From: Lama guanicoe
Lineage: Eukaryota
DNA: 64,000 bases
Direction of reading: 5' to 3'
Assembly: GCA_013239625.1 (NCBI GenBank)
Contig: MU054391.1
Coordinates: forward strand, 7,721,095-7,785,094
A program made the position numbers and the translations under genes. Each line of letters starts with the position of its first letter. Position 1 is the first letter of the stretch. Below are positions 61,359 to 64,000 of the stretch, in pieces. The notes beneath the pieces were generated by a model. It saw only the letters and a program-made list of their open reading frames with translations, did not search any database and had not been told where the DNA came from.

Positions 61359-61719
61359 CTGAGGGGAGGTGGGCAGGTAGGGAAGCCAAGCAAACAGAAA
61401 AGCACTCATAAATCCAAAAAGCAGATGGAAAGGTATTGCCTCGTCCTCAGCCACACAATTCAGTGGTCCCCATGGGATATGCAGAAAAGCGTTGAGGTGT
61501 GACGGCGGGGTGGGGCACTCGGCCGTGAGAGGCTGGGGGACCTGGAGTCCCTCTCCTGGCCGACCCCATCCCCGTGGCAGAAGTAGAACTCCATCCTGGT
61601 ACTTTTTCCTCTCCTGTGACTTGCACAGCATCTGAAGGGTGAGAAGCAACACCAAGCCTTGTGGAGCAGTGACCCTAGGCTGCCCCAGAACTTCCGGGTC
61701 CTTTTCTTCCTTCATTTAA

Positions 61720-61992
61720 AAAAAATTTTTTTTTTATTTTTTAGTTGAAGTATAGTCAGTTTACAATATTGTGTCCACTTCCAGTGTAAAGCATAATGTT
61801 TCAGTCATACATAGACATACATGTATTCATTTTCATATTCTTTTCATTATAGGTTACTACAAGATATTGGGCATAGTTCCCTGTGCTACACAGGAGAAAC
61901 TTGTTGTTTATCTATTTTATATACAGTAGTTAGTATCTGCAAATCTCAAATTCCCATTTTATCCCTTCCCACCTCTTTTCCCTTGGTAACCA
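61720..61992 (-). mobile_element. Lineage-specific L1 3' UTR
   Basis: Poly-T, then ttgaagtatagtcagtttacaat...atagttccctgtgctacacag...ccttggtaacca. Confidence 0.9.
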
Positions 61993-62431
61993 GACTCACA
62001 GACAGAAGCATTCTTAATACTTCTAATTGTAATAATAACACTTTGATATTTTAAAAATTACCTCGTGTGTCATTTACTGTTCACAACCCTGTGAGATTAC
62101 CCACCTGCAGCTTCACACGTGCAAAAGCAAAGAGTGGCAAAGAGGAAGTGTCTCTGATCACCAGTCAGAAATCCAGTTTCGTTAGAATGATGATGGCTTT
62201 GTGGCTAAACGTGGATTTGCCCCGTAGATGTCGGTTAAGTGCCTCCTAGACCTGGGCCCATGCAAGCTGCTAGCTCAGAGTCATTCGTTTTTCTCTCCAG
62301 AAAAAGGGGAGTTTGACTAAATAATCACTAATCCTGGCTTTAATTCAGCGATCCTGACACTCCTACGTAATGGCTGTAAAGGCCCTGGTCTCTCTCAGCA
62401 CACAGCTGACCTACCCGCCCGCCTGACATAC

Positions 62432-62539
62432 CCACTGTATCTTTGAAGAGTACAGATGATAAACCATCTCTCACATAAGCAGAATCCACAGGCAAATCTC
62501 TCCTTTGAAGTCAGAGCAGGTTTTGGCCTGAAGCCTGGT
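62432..62539 (-). CDS. Candidate internal coding exon (PGFRPKPALTSKERFACGFCLCERWFIICTLQRYSG), unidentified gene
   Basis: Acceptor ctctctttatctttgactacatctaaag, donor tgg|gtatgt. 108 nt, phase 2-2, open in the frame set by the upstream exon. Confidence 0.5.
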
Positions 62540-63019
62540 CTTTAGATGTAGTCAAAGATAAAGAGAGGGGGTCTAAAAGTTAATATTTTCAACACATGGT
62601 GCGGCAAAGGAAAGAATTGATTTGACGTCCGCACAAGTTTGCCAGCACTGTTAGATGCTACTCACAGTGCAACAGGCATATGGTGTAGACACCCGCTCCC
62701 TCCATCACCCTTGCTCTCAGGAAGGACAATGGGATAACAGAAGATACAGCTGGAGACCTGCACAGGGCCGTTCGCGGGGCCGGAGCATTCTCTCTGCTTT
62801 GTGCCTCCTTCCACGGACCCAGCCCGTGCTCTCAAGCCCCCAGCCTGCCCTGCTGTTATGCAGAATTGCACAGGTTAGAATTAGGCGTTCCAAACTCCCC
62901 TTTTATAGAAGAGAAACCTTCTGAGGAGGCCTAAGAAGTGGATTCCAGACTGAGTCATGAAGCAAATTGTAGCCCCTTAGTGTAACTCTGGGTTTCCTCC
63001 AGGAAGCAGTGTGAAAGCT

Positions 63020-63230
63020 ATTTGAAAAAAAGAAGCAGAGGTCCTGGAACCAGTCAGACCCAGGCTGGAATCCCAGTCCTGCCCTTTGCTGGCTGAGCAG
63101 TGCTAGGCAGGTGGCTGCTTCCTCTGCATTTCCTTGTCAGGTGGGAATCATAACATCTAGCGCAAAGGACTGTCGCAAGGACTGGGGTTAATACACCTAA
63201 AAGGCTTGGCACGGTGCCTGGTGCGTATTA
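63020..63230 (+). mobile_element. MIR SINE
   Basis: cagtcagacccaggctggaatcccagtcctgcc...ttggcacggtgcctgg. Confidence 0.8.
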
Positions 63231-63386
63231 AGCGCCCTGAACTAAGTCCAGTATCCACTGCATGAGGCCTCGTCTGTGTCTGTCTGGTGACACATAATAA
63301 AGGCATATTTCATGAAGACTTGGGCGTATGAAGTTAATAAAGGTAGAAAGTGAGATATCGTCGAACGGCCCTTGAACATCACTTAC

Positions 63387-63598
63387 AAAGGTACCGTGGC
63401 AGAGAACAACGCATTCTTTAGGAACTTCCACACAGCCGGCTGGTTTTCTTTTCCAACCCAACCATGTAACAGATCCCCTTTAATTTGGTTGCCCACCAGA
63501 TAAGGTAATCGGTTTATGCTTAGAGACAATATTCTACTTTGGTTTCCGAGAGTCACGTAGTTAAGGAGAAATAGCAGGTGCCTTGGTTCCTCAATTGC
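63387..63598 (-). CDS. Candidate internal coding exon (AIEEPRHLLFLLNYVTLGNQSRILSLSINRLPYLVGNQIKGDLLHGWVGKENQPAVWKFLKNALFSATVP), unidentified gene
   Basis: Strong acceptor ttatta(t)nag and donor tt|gtaagt. 212 nt = 70 open codons + 2; the other two frames hit stops. Non-repeat sequence. Confidence 0.55.
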
Positions 63599-64000
63599 CT
63601 AAAAAAAAAAAATAATAATGCAGTCGTAGATGTCTGCACTCCTTACAACTTTATCATGAGGGTCAAAGAAGAAAGTGCAGAAAAAAAAAACTGTATTTGG
63701 TTGTAAGGAATTGTTAAGTTAAAAATACTAAATAGATCTGTCTTCATGCAGTTAATGGTAAAGTGCCCAGGAAATTCCTGACTGCAATAAAGAAGACTGA
63801 AATAAGGAAGATTTAAAATATAAGGGGGGTGAGCTCAGTCACCTCTAGTCTCAGCCCCAATTTTGTTCTGTAAATAAAAGGCCAAGGGGATGTCGAGACG
63901 CGCAGTCTGATCACAGGTAGCCAAGTGTGATTTTGCCTAAGGACAGTGAAACTGAATGACTGCATTGATCCCTTCTGTACGGGCAGAACCGAGAGCTACC

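Noticed and set aside
60541..61389. Longest ORF in the track (282 aa, minus strand)
   Set aside because: It has a TTG start and runs through a SINE and antisense L1 3' UTR, so it is a chance open frame.

Overview
This is mammalian nuclear DNA, not prokaryotic. It is most likely camelid, inferred from two tRNA-Ala-derived SINEs of the vic-1 type. Most of the window is intergenic or intronic and dominated by transposable elements: MIR, L2, L1 of several ages, HAL1, MaLR/MLT and ERVL LTR elements, and hAT and Tigger DNA transposons. No ORF in the supplied track is a credible gene, and the track uses GTG/TTG starts that do not apply here. Notable structure: (i) two phase-compatible, stop-free minus-strand exons at 63387-63598 and 62432-62539, plus weaker downstream exon candidates, suggesting a spliced gene I cannot identify that enters from the right edge; (ii) a decayed ~5 kb ERVL provirus and a full LTR-internal-LTR MaLR element; (iii) several L1 insertions with 5' inversions, one with a fold-back copy of flanking DNA; (iv) a perfect 26-bp inverted repeat ~1 kb apart; (v) a modular palindromic repeat at ~22.8-23.2 kb; (vi) an orphan CpG-rich element with YY1 and UPRE/CREB3-type motifs. 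Repeat family names come from my recall of consensus sequences, and boundaries are approximate unless a target-site duplication (TSD) is quoted. I see no evidence for a new multi-gene system.
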